A DNA stretch of 64,000 nucleotides. Origin: Euzebyales bacterium. GTDB taxonomy: Bacteria; Actinomycetota; Nitriliruptoria; Euzebyales; JAHELV01. Position numbers and translations under genes: made by a program. Within the stretch, counting starts at the first letter, position 1. Every line of letters begins with the position of its first letter. Shown in pieces: positions 44,453-53,217 of this stretch. Under the pieces are notes generated by a model, which was not told where the DNA came from, did no database searches, and saw only the letters and a list, made by a program, of their open reading frames with translations. The DNA lies in contig DASUUK010000094.1 in NCBI GenBank assembly GCA_036374135.1, forward strand, positions 156 through 64,155, given 5' to 3'.

Positions 44453-45211
44453 ATGATGTTCAGAGGCGTCGGTGTCGCGCTGGTCACGCTGTTCGACGAC
44501 ACCGGGGAGGTGGATGCGGTCGCCACGGCCGATCACGCCGCGCGACTTGTCGGCCTGGGGGTGCGGGCCGTCGTCGTCGCCGGGACGACCGGTGAAGCGG
44601 CGACGCTCAGCATCGACGAACGCGACCGCCTGCTCGACGCCGTGCAGTCGGCCGTCGACGCACGCGTGCCGGTGATCGCGGGCACGGGCGCCCCGTCTGC
44701 GCGGCAGGCAGCCGACCTCACGGCCCGCGCCCGCGACGGTGGTGCCGACGCGGTACTGGTGCTGTCTCCGCCACAGGCGCCCGATCCACGGCCCTACTAC
44801 GAGCGCGTGGCTTCGGTCGCCGGCGACCTGCCCGTGCTCGCGTACCACTTCCCGAAGGTGTCGCCGCCGGGCCTGCCGGTCGACGTGATCGGCACGTTGC
44901 CCGTCGCCGGCTGCAAGGACTCGACCGGCGATCCCGAGCGGCTGCTCGGCACCCTGCGCGCGACATCGCTGCCGCTGTACACCGGCTCGTCGGCACTGCT
45001 GTCGTTCGCCGGTCCGCTCGGATGCGCCGGGGCCATCCTCGGACTGGCCAACGTGGAGCCCGAGCGATGCGCCGAGGCGTTCGCGGGGGATGCCGGCGCC
45101 CAGCGCGCGCTGACCGCTGGGCACTTCGCGATGAGCGATCCGTTCCCGCGGGGTCTCAAGGAGCTGATGGCCGACCGCTTCGGGACGTCGACGGCGACCC
45201 GCGCCGCGTGA
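44453..45211 (+). CDS. Dihydrodipicolinate synthase/N-acetylneuraminate lyase family protein (short)
   Basis: 252 aa. FRGVGVALVTLFDDTGEVD, VVVAGTTGEAATLS, AYHFP, Schiff-base Lys context VAGCKDS. About 40 aa shorter than typical DapA at the C-terminus. Confidence 0.75.
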   Translation: MMFRGVGVALVTLFDDTGEVDAVATADHAARLVGLGVRAVVVAGTTGEAATLSIDERDRLLDAVQSAVDARVPVIAGTGAPSARQAADLTARARDGGADAVLVLSPPQAPDPRPYYERVASVAGDLPVLAYHFPKVSPPGLPVDVIGTLPVAGCKDSTGDPERLLGTLRATSLPLYTGSSALLSFAGPLGCAGAILGLANVEPERCAEAFAGDAGAQRALTAGHFAMSDPFPRGLKELMADRFGTSTATRAA

Positions 45212-45259
45212 GGTCGCCCGTCCCGTGGCCAACCCGGCACGGAGCGACGCGGGTGATGC

Positions 45260-45712
45260 TCAGGTGCGGTCGAGCAGGCGGGACAGCGCCACCACGCTGC
45301 GGGTCTGGGTGACGATCGGCTCGGCCCGGATGCGCTCGAGCGCCGCCTCGAGGTGGGTGGCGTCGGCGACGCGCAGGTGCAGTAGGGCATCGGCGTCGCC
45401 GGTGATGGTGAACGCCGACACGACCTCGGGATGATCGGCCAGGGCATCGCGGATCTGCTGCGACGGTGTGCGCGGTGCGCAGAACAGTTCGATGAAGGCC
45501 TCGACCCGCCAGCCCAGCACGCGGGGGTCGACGGTGATGGTGAACCGCTCGATCAGCCCGGCGTCCCGCAGACGGTCGACGCGCCGCTTGACCGCGGGCG
45601 CCGACAGGCCCACCGCCTCGCCGATCGACGCGAAGCTGCGTCGACCATCCTGCAGGAGCTGCGCAATGATCTTGCGATCTATCTCGTCGATGCGCAACGA
45701 ATCGCTGGCCAC
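45260..45712 (-). CDS. Lrp/AsnC family transcriptional regulator
   Basis: In-frame GTG (45710-45712) of ORF 45260..45766. LRIDEIDRKIIAQLLQDGRRSFASIGEAVGLSAPAVKRRVDRLRDAGLI HTH plus an RAM domain. Divergent from rocD. Confidence 0.9.
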   Translation of the reverse strand: MASDSLRIDEIDRKIIAQLLQDGRRSFASIGEAVGLSAPAVKRRVDRLRDAGLIERFTITVDPRVLGWRVEAFIELFCAPRTPSQQIRDALADHPEVVSAFTITGDADALLHLRVADATHLEAALERIRAEPIVTQTRSVVALSRLLDRT

Positions 45713-45818
45713 TCCCGAACATCCCAACCTATTGGTCTGTCGTGTCGGGCCGTAGAGTACAGACATCGACCGTCACCCGACCCTGGCGGTGTGCCGTCAT
45801 ACAGGAAGGTCGCCGACA

Positions 45819-47018
45819 ATGACCACCTTCAGCACCGCCGAGCGGACCAGCTTCGAGGCGCCCAACTACGCGCCGTTGCCGGTCGTCATCACCGAGGCGG
45901 AGGGCGCCTGGGTCACCGACGTCGACGGTCGCCGCTACCTCGACGCGCTGTCGGGTTACTCGGCGCTGAACTTCGGCCACCGCCACCCTGCGCTGGTGGC
46001 TGCGGCCGAGGAGCAGCTGCACCGGGTCACGCTGACCAGCCGGGCGTTCACCCACGATCAGTTCAGCGGGTTCTGTCGCGAGGTGGCGGAGCTGTGCGGC
46101 ATGGAGATGGTGCTGCCGATGAACACCGGCGCCGAGGGCGTCGAGACCGCGATCAAGGTCGCGCGGCGCTGGGGCTACACGGTCAAGGGCGTGCCGGCCG
46201 GCCGGGCGAAGATCGTCACCTTCGCCAACAACTTCCATGGCCGCACGACCACGATCATCGGCTTCTCGACCGACCCCGACGCGCGCGAGGGGTTCGGGCC
46301 GTTCACGCCGGGGTTCGTGACGGTTCCGTATGCGGACGCCGACGCGTTGACCGAGGCAATCGATGCCGACACGGTCGCCGTGCTGATCGAACCGGTGCAG
46401 GGCGAGGCCGGCGTCATCGTGCCGCCGGACGGCTACCTGACTCGGGTCCGGGAGATCTGTGACCGCGCCGGCGTGCTGATGATCGCCGACGAGATCCAGT
46501 CGGGCCTGGGGCGCACCGGGCGCACGTTCGCCATCGACCACGAGGGTGTGGTGCCCGACATGTTCATCCTCGGCAAGGCGCTGGGCGGGGGCATCATGCC
46601 GGTCTCGGCCGTCGTGAGCCGACGGGACGTGCTGGGCGTGCTGACGCCCGGTTCCCACGGCAGCACCTTCGGCGGCAATCCGCTGTCGTGCGCCGTCGCT
46701 CGTGCGGTCGTCGCGCTGCTGCGCACCGGCGAGGTACAGGCCAACGCGGCGCGGATGGGCGCGCGCCTGGCGGCGGGCCTCGCCACGCTGCCCAGCCGCC
46801 ACGTCGACGGCATCCGCACGCATGGACTGTGGGCGGGCATCGACATCGCCGGGGGCCGCACCGCCCGCTCGGTGTGCGAGCGTCTCCTCGAGCTCGGCGT
46901 GCTGTCCAAGGACACCCACGGCAGCACGATCCGCCTCGGTCCCCCGTTGACCGTGTCGGCCGACGAGGTCGATCTGCTCGTCGACCGCCTCGGCGAGGCG
47001 CTGGCGACGACCGTGTGA
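45819..47018 (+). CDS. rocD: Ornithine--oxo-acid aminotransferase
   Basis: Inner ATG of ORF 45789..47018, 399 aa. NYAPLPVV, class-III aminotransferase blocks NFHGRT, LIADEIQSGLGRTG, GKALGGG (PLP Lys), STFGGNPL. The AsnC-rocD pairing is common in Actinobacteria. Confidence 0.88.
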   Translation: MTTFSTAERTSFEAPNYAPLPVVITEAEGAWVTDVDGRRYLDALSGYSALNFGHRHPALVAAAEEQLHRVTLTSRAFTHDQFSGFCREVAELCGMEMVLPMNTGAEGVETAIKVARRWGYTVKGVPAGRAKIVTFANNFHGRTTTIIGFSTDPDAREGFGPFTPGFVTVPYADADALTEAIDADTVAVLIEPVQGEAGVIVPPDGYLTRVREICDRAGVLMIADEIQSGLGRTGRTFAIDHEGVVPDMFILGKALGGGIMPVSAVVSRRDVLGVLTPGSHGSTFGGNPLSCAVARAVVALLRTGEVQANAARMGARLAAGLATLPSRHVDGIRTHGLWAGIDIAGGRTARSVCERLLELGVLSKDTHGSTIRLGPPLTVSADEVDLLVDRLGEALATTV

Positions 47019-47165
47019 CGGTGCAGGTCATCGACGCCGTCGGTGCGTCGTGGTCGTCAGCGCACGCAGTGATCGCGCGACACGCGTCGACGTCGTTTCT
47101 GCCCGACACCATCGACGGGCAGTAGGGTTCGTCACGATGCGAACGGATCGACTCCCCGACACCTC

Positions 47166-48035
47166 GTGATGAGTGGTTCGGTGGCGCTGGCCACCGCCGG
47201 GGAGGCCATCGGGCTCGACGACGACGCACCGGTGCTGCACGCGGCGCTCGAACGCCGCGGTCTGCGGCCGACGCTGGCGGTCTGGGACGACGGTGACGTC
47301 GACTGGGCCGGCTTCGATCTGGTGGTGCTGCGCTCCACGTGGGACTACCCGCGACGGCGCGATGCCTTCCTCGGCTGGGCCGCGGACGTGGCGGCCGTGA
47401 CCAGGCTCCACAACGGGACCGACGTGATCGCGTGGAGCAGCGACAAGCGCTACCTTGCGGAGCTCCACGGGCGGGGCGTGGCGATCGTGCCGACGACGAT
47501 CCTCGCGCCCGGCGAACCCGTGACGCTGCCGCCCACGGGCCCGTTCGTGGTCAAGCCCGCGGTGTCGGCGGGTTCACAGGACACCGAGCGGTTCAGCGAC
47601 CACGATGATCCCGCGGCGCGCGCGCTGGTCGGGCGACTGCACCACCAGGGGCGGGACGTCATCGTCCAGCCCTACGTCGAACAGGTCGATGACCGCGGCG
47701 AAACCGCTCTGGTGTACCTGGGTGGGCGCTTCAGCCATGCCATCCGCAAGGGCCCGATCCTCGCGGGCGCGACCGAGACGGTCGGTGGGCTGTTCGCCGC
47801 CGAGCAGATCGATCCGCGCACGCCCACCGACGCCGAGCGCGCCGCCGGGGAGGCGGCGCTCGACGCCGTGCCCTTCGACCGGGCGGAGCTGTTGTACGGG
47901 CGCGTGGATCTGCTGCCCGGTACCGACGGCGACCCGCTGGTGCTCGAGGTCGAGCTCGTCGAGCCGTCGCTGTTCCTGCGGTGTGACGATCACGCGGCCG
48001 ACCGCTTCGCGGAGCTGATCGCCCGAGCGATGTGA
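47166..48035 (+). CDS. ATP-grasp domain protein (RimK/glutathione synthetase-like)
   Basis: 289 aa. LRSTWDYPRRRDAFLGW...SDKRYLAELHGRGVAIVPT...FVVKPAVSAGS...VIVQPYV...YGRVDLL...LVLEVELVEPSLF is an ATP-grasp layout. Substrate unknown. Confidence 0.75.
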   Translation: MMSGSVALATAGEAIGLDDDAPVLHAALERRGLRPTLAVWDDGDVDWAGFDLVVLRSTWDYPRRRDAFLGWAADVAAVTRLHNGTDVIAWSSDKRYLAELHGRGVAIVPTTILAPGEPVTLPPTGPFVVKPAVSAGSQDTERFSDHDDPAARALVGRLHHQGRDVIVQPYVEQVDDRGETALVYLGGRFSHAIRKGPILAGATETVGGLFAAEQIDPRTPTDAERAAGEAALDAVPFDRAELLYGRVDLLPGTDGDPLVLEVELVEPSLFLRCDDHAADRFAELIARAM

Positions 48036-48214
48036 CGGTTGCCGCGTGCGGGCGCCAGCACCCGCCTGACGACCCGGGACACGTCACCACCGCCGGTGGC
48101 TACCGACGCCTTCGACGGGCGTTGACGGTCGAAGGCCGACATGGCGGCGATCGTGGTCCGTGTGGCTGGGTAGTCTCGGCGTCACGCACACCCGGATCCC
48201 AGGAGTTCCACCAG

Positions 48215-48538
48215 ATGAGTGACGAGCGCAGCCTTTCCGAGCAGGACATCGAGTCGGTCCACGGCGGTTCGAGCGAGCCGGGCGGTGACGAGGTTGCGAC
48301 CGACGCCGACGCGGTCGACGCCGACGCGGTCGACGGTGACGCGCTCGACGCGGTGGACGGCGACGCATCCGATGCGGATGCGGTGGATGCCGACGGCGCG
48401 GACGCTGACGCCGACGCGAACGACGGCGACGCGTCCGATGCGGTGGACGGTGACGCGTCCGACGCGGACGCAAGTGACGGTGACGCCACCGATACGGTGG
48501 ACGGCGACGCCGCCGACGCCGATGCCCACGACGCGTAG
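48215..48538 (+). CDS. Hyper-acidic Asp/Ala-repeat protein (107 aa), no recognised family
   Basis: Inner ATG of ORF 48032..48538 with AGGAG 9 nt upstream. MSDERSLSEQDIESVHGGSSEPGGDEV, then ~80 aa of D/A/V/G/S/T repeats (DAVDGDASDAD...). No K/R after residue 5, and no signal peptide or TM. Repeat units differ mostly at synonymous sites. All other frames are Arg-rich shadows. Confidence 0.6.
   Translation: MSDERSLSEQDIESVHGGSSEPGGDEVATDADAVDADAVDGDALDAVDGDASDADAVDADGADADADANDGDASDAVDGDASDADASDGDATDTVDGDAADADAHDA
48298..48535 (+). repeat. Imperfect in-frame GAC/GCG-rich tandem repeats encoding the Asp/Ala tract
   Basis: Units such as GACGCGGTCGACGCCGAC / GACGGTGACGCGTCCGAC recur with irregular length and GAC/GAT, GCG/GCC/GCA alternation. 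Confidence 0.85.
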
Positions 48539-48547
48539 CGGACCGAC

Positions 48548-49765
48548 GTGACCGACACCTGGGAGGGACCTGCGCCGGCGACGGACGCGCTCGCCCGGTG
48601 CGTGGGTGACGTGGACACGTTCGTCGAGCGCGCCTGGGGTCGGCAGGCCCTCCTGCACCGGCGTGCGGGTGATGACAGGTTCGACGACCTGCTGTCGCTC
48701 GATGACGTCGACCGCATCCTGACGGCCACGTCGCCGCGACGGCCCGCGATCCGGGTGGTGCGCGAGGGGCGTGAGGTCGCGCCGAGCCGCTACACGCGCA
48801 CCGGAACGCTCGGCTCCCGGACGTTGACCGACCTTCCTGACGTCGACCGCCTGCTCGGGCTGTTCGACGAGGGTGCGACCATCGTGCTGCAGGGGCTGCA
48901 GCGCACCTGGCCCGCCGTGGGCCGGCTGTGCCGCGGCATCGAGGCCGTCCTCACCCACCCGGTCCAGGCCAACGCGTACCTCACACCACCGAGCTCGCAG
49001 GGCCTCGACGTCCACCACGACACCCACGACGTGTTCGCGCTGCAGACGTACGGGCGGAAGCGCTGGGTGACGTATCCGCCGGTGATCGACCACCCGTTGC
49101 CGGGCCAGCACCGTCGTGTCGACGACGACGAGCTCGACCATCCCGACATCGACACCGACCTGGTGCCGGGCGACTGCCTGTACGTCCCGCGCGGCACGCT
49201 GCACGCCGCCGCGACCACGGGCGACGCGTCGCTGCACCTGACCATCGGTGTGCGGGTCGTGACCTGGTACGACCTCGCCCGCCGCCTGCTCGAGCGCACA
49301 CGCGACGTCGCAGCCTTCCGCGAGGCGCTGCCGGCCGGCTTTGCGCGCGATCCGCAGCTGCTCCGTGACGAGGTGCCGGGTCGGCTCAAGCAACTCGCCG
49401 ACCTGATCGCCGACACCGACCCGGATGCGGTGGCCGACCGGGAGGCCGATCGCCTGTGGCGGGGACTGCTGGCCCGTCCGGACGGCGCGCTGCGCATGCG
49501 CCTGGCCGACATCGACGACGACACGGTGGTCGAGCCGCGCGACGATCTGCCGTTTGTGATCTCCCGCGTCGGCGACCGTCTGCGGGTCCGTCGCGGCGGC
49601 ACGACGTTGCAGATGCCGGCCTGGGTCGAGCCCGCCCTCCGGGCGGTGCTGACAGGACCCACGCGGCTCGGCGCGCTGCCGGGTGGCCTCGACGCGCCGT
49701 CACGCGTCGTGCTGGCGCGGCGGTTGGTGCGCGAGGGCATGATCGTCGTTCGTGGGGCGGCGTGA
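48548..49765 (+). CDS. JmjC/cupin-4 family 2-oxoglutarate/Fe(II) oxygenase (ribosomal-oxygenase-like architecture)
   Basis: 405 aa. GTG start 9 nt after the acidic ORF stop. Facial triad candidates VHHDTHD (HxD) and PRGTLHAA, plus QANAYLTPP and FALQTYGRKRW blocks. The long C-terminal helical/winged-helix-like part resembles YcfD-type enzymes. Confidence 0.85.
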   Translation: MTDTWEGPAPATDALARCVGDVDTFVERAWGRQALLHRRAGDDRFDDLLSLDDVDRILTATSPRRPAIRVVREGREVAPSRYTRTGTLGSRTLTDLPDVDRLLGLFDEGATIVLQGLQRTWPAVGRLCRGIEAVLTHPVQANAYLTPPSSQGLDVHHDTHDVFALQTYGRKRWVTYPPVIDHPLPGQHRRVDDDELDHPDIDTDLVPGDCLYVPRGTLHAAATTGDASLHLTIGVRVVTWYDLARRLLERTRDVAAFREALPAGFARDPQLLRDEVPGRLKQLADLIADTDPDAVADREADRLWRGLLARPDGALRMRLADIDDDTVVEPRDDLPFVISRVGDRLRVRRGGTTLQMPAWVEPALRAVLTGPTRLGALPGGLDAPSRVVLARRLVREGMIVVRGAA

Positions 49766-50661
49766 CCGAACGCTTCCGCTGCGCCGCCGCCGCGCAGGCC
49801 GTGGGAGAGCCGCGGTACGCGACGGCCTCGACCGTGCGTCGGTGGGTGCTGGTCGAGCAACCGGGTCCGTGGGGCATCGACGCGGTCCGCGAGAGCCGCA
49901 TGCCGTCGGCGGCCTCCGAGGCGCTCGTCGACCTGGGCAAGCGTCTCGCCGCACGCGTGCTGCTGATCCGGCGTCCGGGCAACGTCGCGTCCGACGACAC
50001 ACGCGTGTACATCGCGTTCACGGGCGCGCGGGACCGCTGGCTCGAGTCATTCGTCGTTCACGGCGTGCCGGACGTGCTCGACCTCGACCTCGATCCACTC
50101 CGCAACGGTGGTCGGGTCGGTGGCGAGGTCACCGTCGGACCGCTGCTGCTGGTGTGCACGAACGGGCGGCACGACCCGTGCTGCGCCGAGTTCGGTCGAC
50201 CGGTCGCCGACGCGTTGGGCCGCGCCTTCCCGGACGCGACGTGGGAGGTGTCCCACATCGGTGGCGACCGCTTCGCCGGCAATGTCGTGACGTTGCCCGA
50301 CGGGATCTACTACGGCGGGCTCGACGCCGACCGTGCGGTCGCGGTCGCCGGGGCGCACCGCTCCGGCCACATCGTGCTCGACGCCTACCGCGGCCGCAGC
50401 GCCTACCCGTTCCCGGTGCAGGCCGCGGAGTTCTTCCTCCGGCGTGAGCGGCGCCTCGACGGGCTCGACGCCGTGCGCTGGACCGGGCGTCGGCGGCTCG
50501 ATGACGACCAGTGGCGCGTCACCTTCGCCACGCCGAGCGGCGCCGTCGACGTCGAGGTCGTCACCGGTCGTGAGCCGGTCGCACGGCAGCTGACCTGTCG
50601 GACCGAACAACTCGCCCGCGCACCCCGCTACAGCCTGGTGGCGATCGATGCCGCCGGCTGA
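49762..50661 (+). CDS. Sucrase/ferredoxin-like (Suc_Fer-like, thioredoxin-fold) protein
   Basis: In-frame GTG 49762 overlaps the cupin stop (GTGA), 299 aa. WVLVEQPGPWG, LLLVCTNGRHDPCCAEFGRP, SHIGGDRFAGNVVTLPDGIYYG are characteristic blocks. Confidence 0.8.
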   Translation: MTERFRCAAAAQAVGEPRYATASTVRRWVLVEQPGPWGIDAVRESRMPSAASEALVDLGKRLAARVLLIRRPGNVASDDTRVYIAFTGARDRWLESFVVHGVPDVLDLDLDPLRNGGRVGGEVTVGPLLLVCTNGRHDPCCAEFGRPVADALGRAFPDATWEVSHIGGDRFAGNVVTLPDGIYYGGLDADRAVAVAGAHRSGHIVLDAYRGRSAYPFPVQAAEFFLRRERRLDGLDAVRWTGRRRLDDDQWRVTFATPSGAVDVEVVTGREPVARQLTCRTEQLARAPRYSLVAIDAAG

Positions 50662-51457
50662 ACCGCACCCCCTGCACGACGTCGTCGCCGCGCTGCTTCG
50701 CCGCGTCGCCACCGAGGTGGTCCTCGTCCACTTCCGCTCGCTGTCGGACCACGACGTCCGGGAGAAGTCACCCGGCGATCCGGTCACCGTCGCCGACGAA
50801 CAGGCCGAGGCGCAGCTGCGCGCCGGCCTGCTCCAGGCGCTCCCCGCCGCCCGGGTCGTCGGTGAGGAAGCCGCCAGCGCCGACCCATCGCTGCTCGACG
50901 GGCTCGGCGAGGGCACCGTGTGGGTGGTCGATCCGATCGACGGCACGTCCAACTTCGCCGACGGAGTGAGCCCGTTCGCACTGATGGTCGCACTGGTCGA
51001 TGACGGCCTGACGACCGCCGGGTGGATATACGACCCCGTCGCCGAGCGGCTGTGTCACGCGCATCGGGGGCACGGCGCCTTCGTGGACGGCCGCACGGTC
51101 CTCGCACGCGCGAGCGGTGCGGACCCGCCGCGGGCGATGCTGGCGACGACGTTCACGTCCGCGGACGAGCGGGGTGACCGCGCGGCCCGCGCCGCCGGCA
51201 GGTTCACCGAGGTTCCGAATCCACGCTGTGCCGGCGAGCAGTACCCGCAGGTGGTGCTGGGCGAGACCGATGTCGCGCTGTTCCAGCGGGCGCTGCCGTG
51301 GGATCACGCGCCCGGCACGCTGTTCGTGTCCGAGGCGGGCGGGCGTGCGGCCCGCCCGGACGGCACGCCGTACCGGGTGGCCGACCGTCGTCCCGGCCTC
51401 CTGATCGCGGCGACCCCGCTACTGTGGGACAGCGCCGCGACGGTCCTGTTCGACTGA
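50648..51457 (+). CDS. Inositol monophosphatase-fold family protein (second paralogue in window)
   Basis: 269 aa. Overlaps the preceding gene by 14 nt. VTVADEQAE, VVGEE, WVVDPIDGTSNF, WDHAPGTLFVSEAGG. Confidence 0.85.
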   Translation: MPPAEPHPLHDVVAALLRRVATEVVLVHFRSLSDHDVREKSPGDPVTVADEQAEAQLRAGLLQALPAARVVGEEAASADPSLLDGLGEGTVWVVDPIDGTSNFADGVSPFALMVALVDDGLTTAGWIYDPVAERLCHAHRGHGAFVDGRTVLARASGADPPRAMLATTFTSADERGDRAARAAGRFTEVPNPRCAGEQYPQVVLGETDVALFQRALPWDHAPGTLFVSEAGGRAARPDGTPYRVADRRPGLLIAATPLLWDSAATVLFD

Positions 51458-51570
51458 ACGGTCCCCGGCCGCTGTCAGCCGCGGTCGTCGCCTGGCGCCA
51501 GCGTCGCCCAACGGCTCGTGATCCGTACCGGGAGATCGGCGTCGTCGCCGGCATCTGAGCCGCCCCAGGG

Positions 51571-52518
51571 TCACGGCGTCGCCCGGCCGAGTCGCCCGGC
51601 CATCGCGCGTACGGCGTCGGCCAGCTCAGGCGGGTCGAGCACGGTGAAATCAATGCCCAGCGCCGCGATGTGCGCGACGATGATGGCGAGATCGTCGGCG
51701 CCGGTCGTCAGCGCGGTCGTCGCGCCTTCTGCCTCCAGGACCGCGACGGTCGCCGGCACCCGGTCGGCGACGGCGTCGACCGGCGCGTGCAGGCGTACAC
51801 GCGCCGTCCACCTGTACGGCGCGGTCGACACGGCGCGTGACACCATGGCGGCGGCGTCGGGCTCGCCGCCCCGCGTGAACCGCCGGCCGGTCGTCACCAC
51901 GTGCGTGATGCGGTCGACCCGCAGCGTCCGCCACGCCTCGCGGTCGACGTCGTGACCGACGAGGTACCAGCGCCATCCGGAGTGCACCAGCCGATACGGC
52001 TCGACGAGGCGGCGGGAACGGACGCCGTCGTGGGTGCGGTAGTCGAAGCGCACCTGTTCCGGTGTCCGGCACGCCTGCGCGAGGGTCACGAGCAGGTCGG
52101 ACGCGACTGGGGTGCCCGACCTGCGGGGCAGCGTGACCGTCGCGTCGTCCACGGCTCGCGCGCGCGAGCGCAGGTGCGCGGGCAGCGTCTGCTCGAGCTT
52201 CGCCAGTGCCCTGGTCGCAGCCTCCTCGACACCCGTGACGGTGCCCGCGGCACCGGCGCGCAGGCACACGGCGACGGCCACGGCCTCCTCCTCGTCGAGC
52301 AGCAGCGGCGGGAGACGTCCACCACGACCCAGCCGGTAGCCGCCGCTCGGCCCGCGCACAGACTCGACGGGGTACGCCAGGTCGCGGAGACGACCGATGT
52401 CACGACGCACGGTGCGCTCGGTGACGTCCAGCGCATCGGCGAGCTCCGCGGCCGACCACCACGGCCGTGTGGTCAGCAACGCGAGCAGCTGCAGCAGTCG
52501 GGTCGAGGTGGAGCGCAC
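51571..52518 (-). CDS. HTH + WYL domain transcriptional regulator (YafY-like)
   Basis: In-frame GTG (52516-52518) of ORF 51571..52593, 315 aa. RLLQLLALLTTRPWWSAAELADALDVTERTVRRDIGRLRDLAYPVES HTH, WYL region VEPYRLVHSGWRWYLVGHD, and a WCX-like tail. Confidence 0.85.
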   Translation of the reverse strand: MRSTSTRLLQLLALLTTRPWWSAAELADALDVTERTVRRDIGRLRDLAYPVESVRGPSGGYRLGRGGRLPPLLLDEEEAVAVAVCLRAGAAGTVTGVEEAATRALAKLEQTLPAHLRSRARAVDDATVTLPRRSGTPVASDLLVTLAQACRTPEQVRFDYRTHDGVRSRRLVEPYRLVHSGWRWYLVGHDVDREAWRTLRVDRITHVVTTGRRFTRGGEPDAAAMVSRAVSTAPYRWTARVRLHAPVDAVADRVPATVAVLEAEGATTALTTGADDLAIIVAHIAALGIDFTVLDPPELADAVRAMAGRLGRATP

Positions 52519-52614
52519 ACGTGCAGTCTGCCGCAATTGCGGACTGTTTCTGACCGCAACGACGCGTATCGTCGCAGACGCACCGTGCGGCATCGAATGG
52601 AAGGGCCCCCGACC

Positions 52615-53217
52615 ATGTCACCGACGACGTCACTGCTGTTCGATCAGCTCGACTGGCACTGGACGACGCAGCTGCGTCCGCGGCTGGATCAGCTGTCCGA
52701 CCACGAATACCTGTGGGAGCCGGTCGCCGGCTGCTGGAGCATCCGACCGCGGGAGCAGGCGACGTCGGCACTCGCCGCCGGCGGCGGCGACGTCGTGATG
52801 GACTTCGCGCTGCCCGAGCCCGATCCGCCACCTGTCACGACGATCGCCTGGCGGCTGGCGCACATCGCCGTGGCGATCTTCGGCATGAGGGTCGCCGCGC
52901 ACTTCGACGGACCGGCGATGGACGTCCGAACCGTCGACTACCCGCTGACCGCCGCGGGCGGTCTCGCGTTGCTCGACGAGCACTACGGCGCGTGGGTGAC
53001 GCACCTGCGCACCGTCGACGACGACCGGCTGTGGCAGCCCTGCGGGCCCACCGAGGGACCGTACGCAGACCTGCCGTTCGCCGGCCTGATCCTGCATCTC
53101 AACCGCGAGGCGATCCATCACGGCGCCGAGATCGCGCTCCTGCGCGACCTGTACCGTGCATCCGACGGCGGCCGCGCGTTGGGCGCGGCGGCGCCGGATG
53201 GGAGTCATCGCTCATGA
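52615..53217 (+). CDS. DinB family protein
   Basis: Inner ATG of ORF 51901..53217 (alternative 52597). LDWHWTTQLRPRLDQLSDHEYLWEP..GCWSI...TIAWRLAHI...LNREAIHHGAEIALLRDL is a four-helix DinB pattern with His residues. Divergent from the WYL regulator. Confidence 0.8.
   Translation: MSPTTSLLFDQLDWHWTTQLRPRLDQLSDHEYLWEPVAGCWSIRPREQATSALAAGGGDVVMDFALPEPDPPPVTTIAWRLAHIAVAIFGMRVAAHFDGPAMDVRTVDYPLTAAGGLALLDEHYGAWVTHLRTVDDDRLWQPCGPTEGPYADLPFAGLILHLNREAIHHGAEIALLRDLYRASDGGRALGAAAPDGSHRS

Noticed and set aside
47015-47125. A 36-codon ORF (MTVQVIDAVGASWSSAHAVIARHASTSFLPDTIDGQ) whose GTG overlaps the rocD stop (GTGA).
   Set aside because: It has no recognisable domain and is too short to judge codon bias. 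GTGA overlaps arise by chance often in this composition. It cannot be supported as a gene from sequence alone.
48298-48535. The GAC/GCG repeat tract as a CRISPR-like array or a non-coding VNTR.
   Set aside because: The units are irregular in length with no spacer/repeat alternation. The tract stays in frame with an RBS-preceded ATG, and variation is concentrated at synonymous positions. It is better explained as a coding low-complexity repeat.
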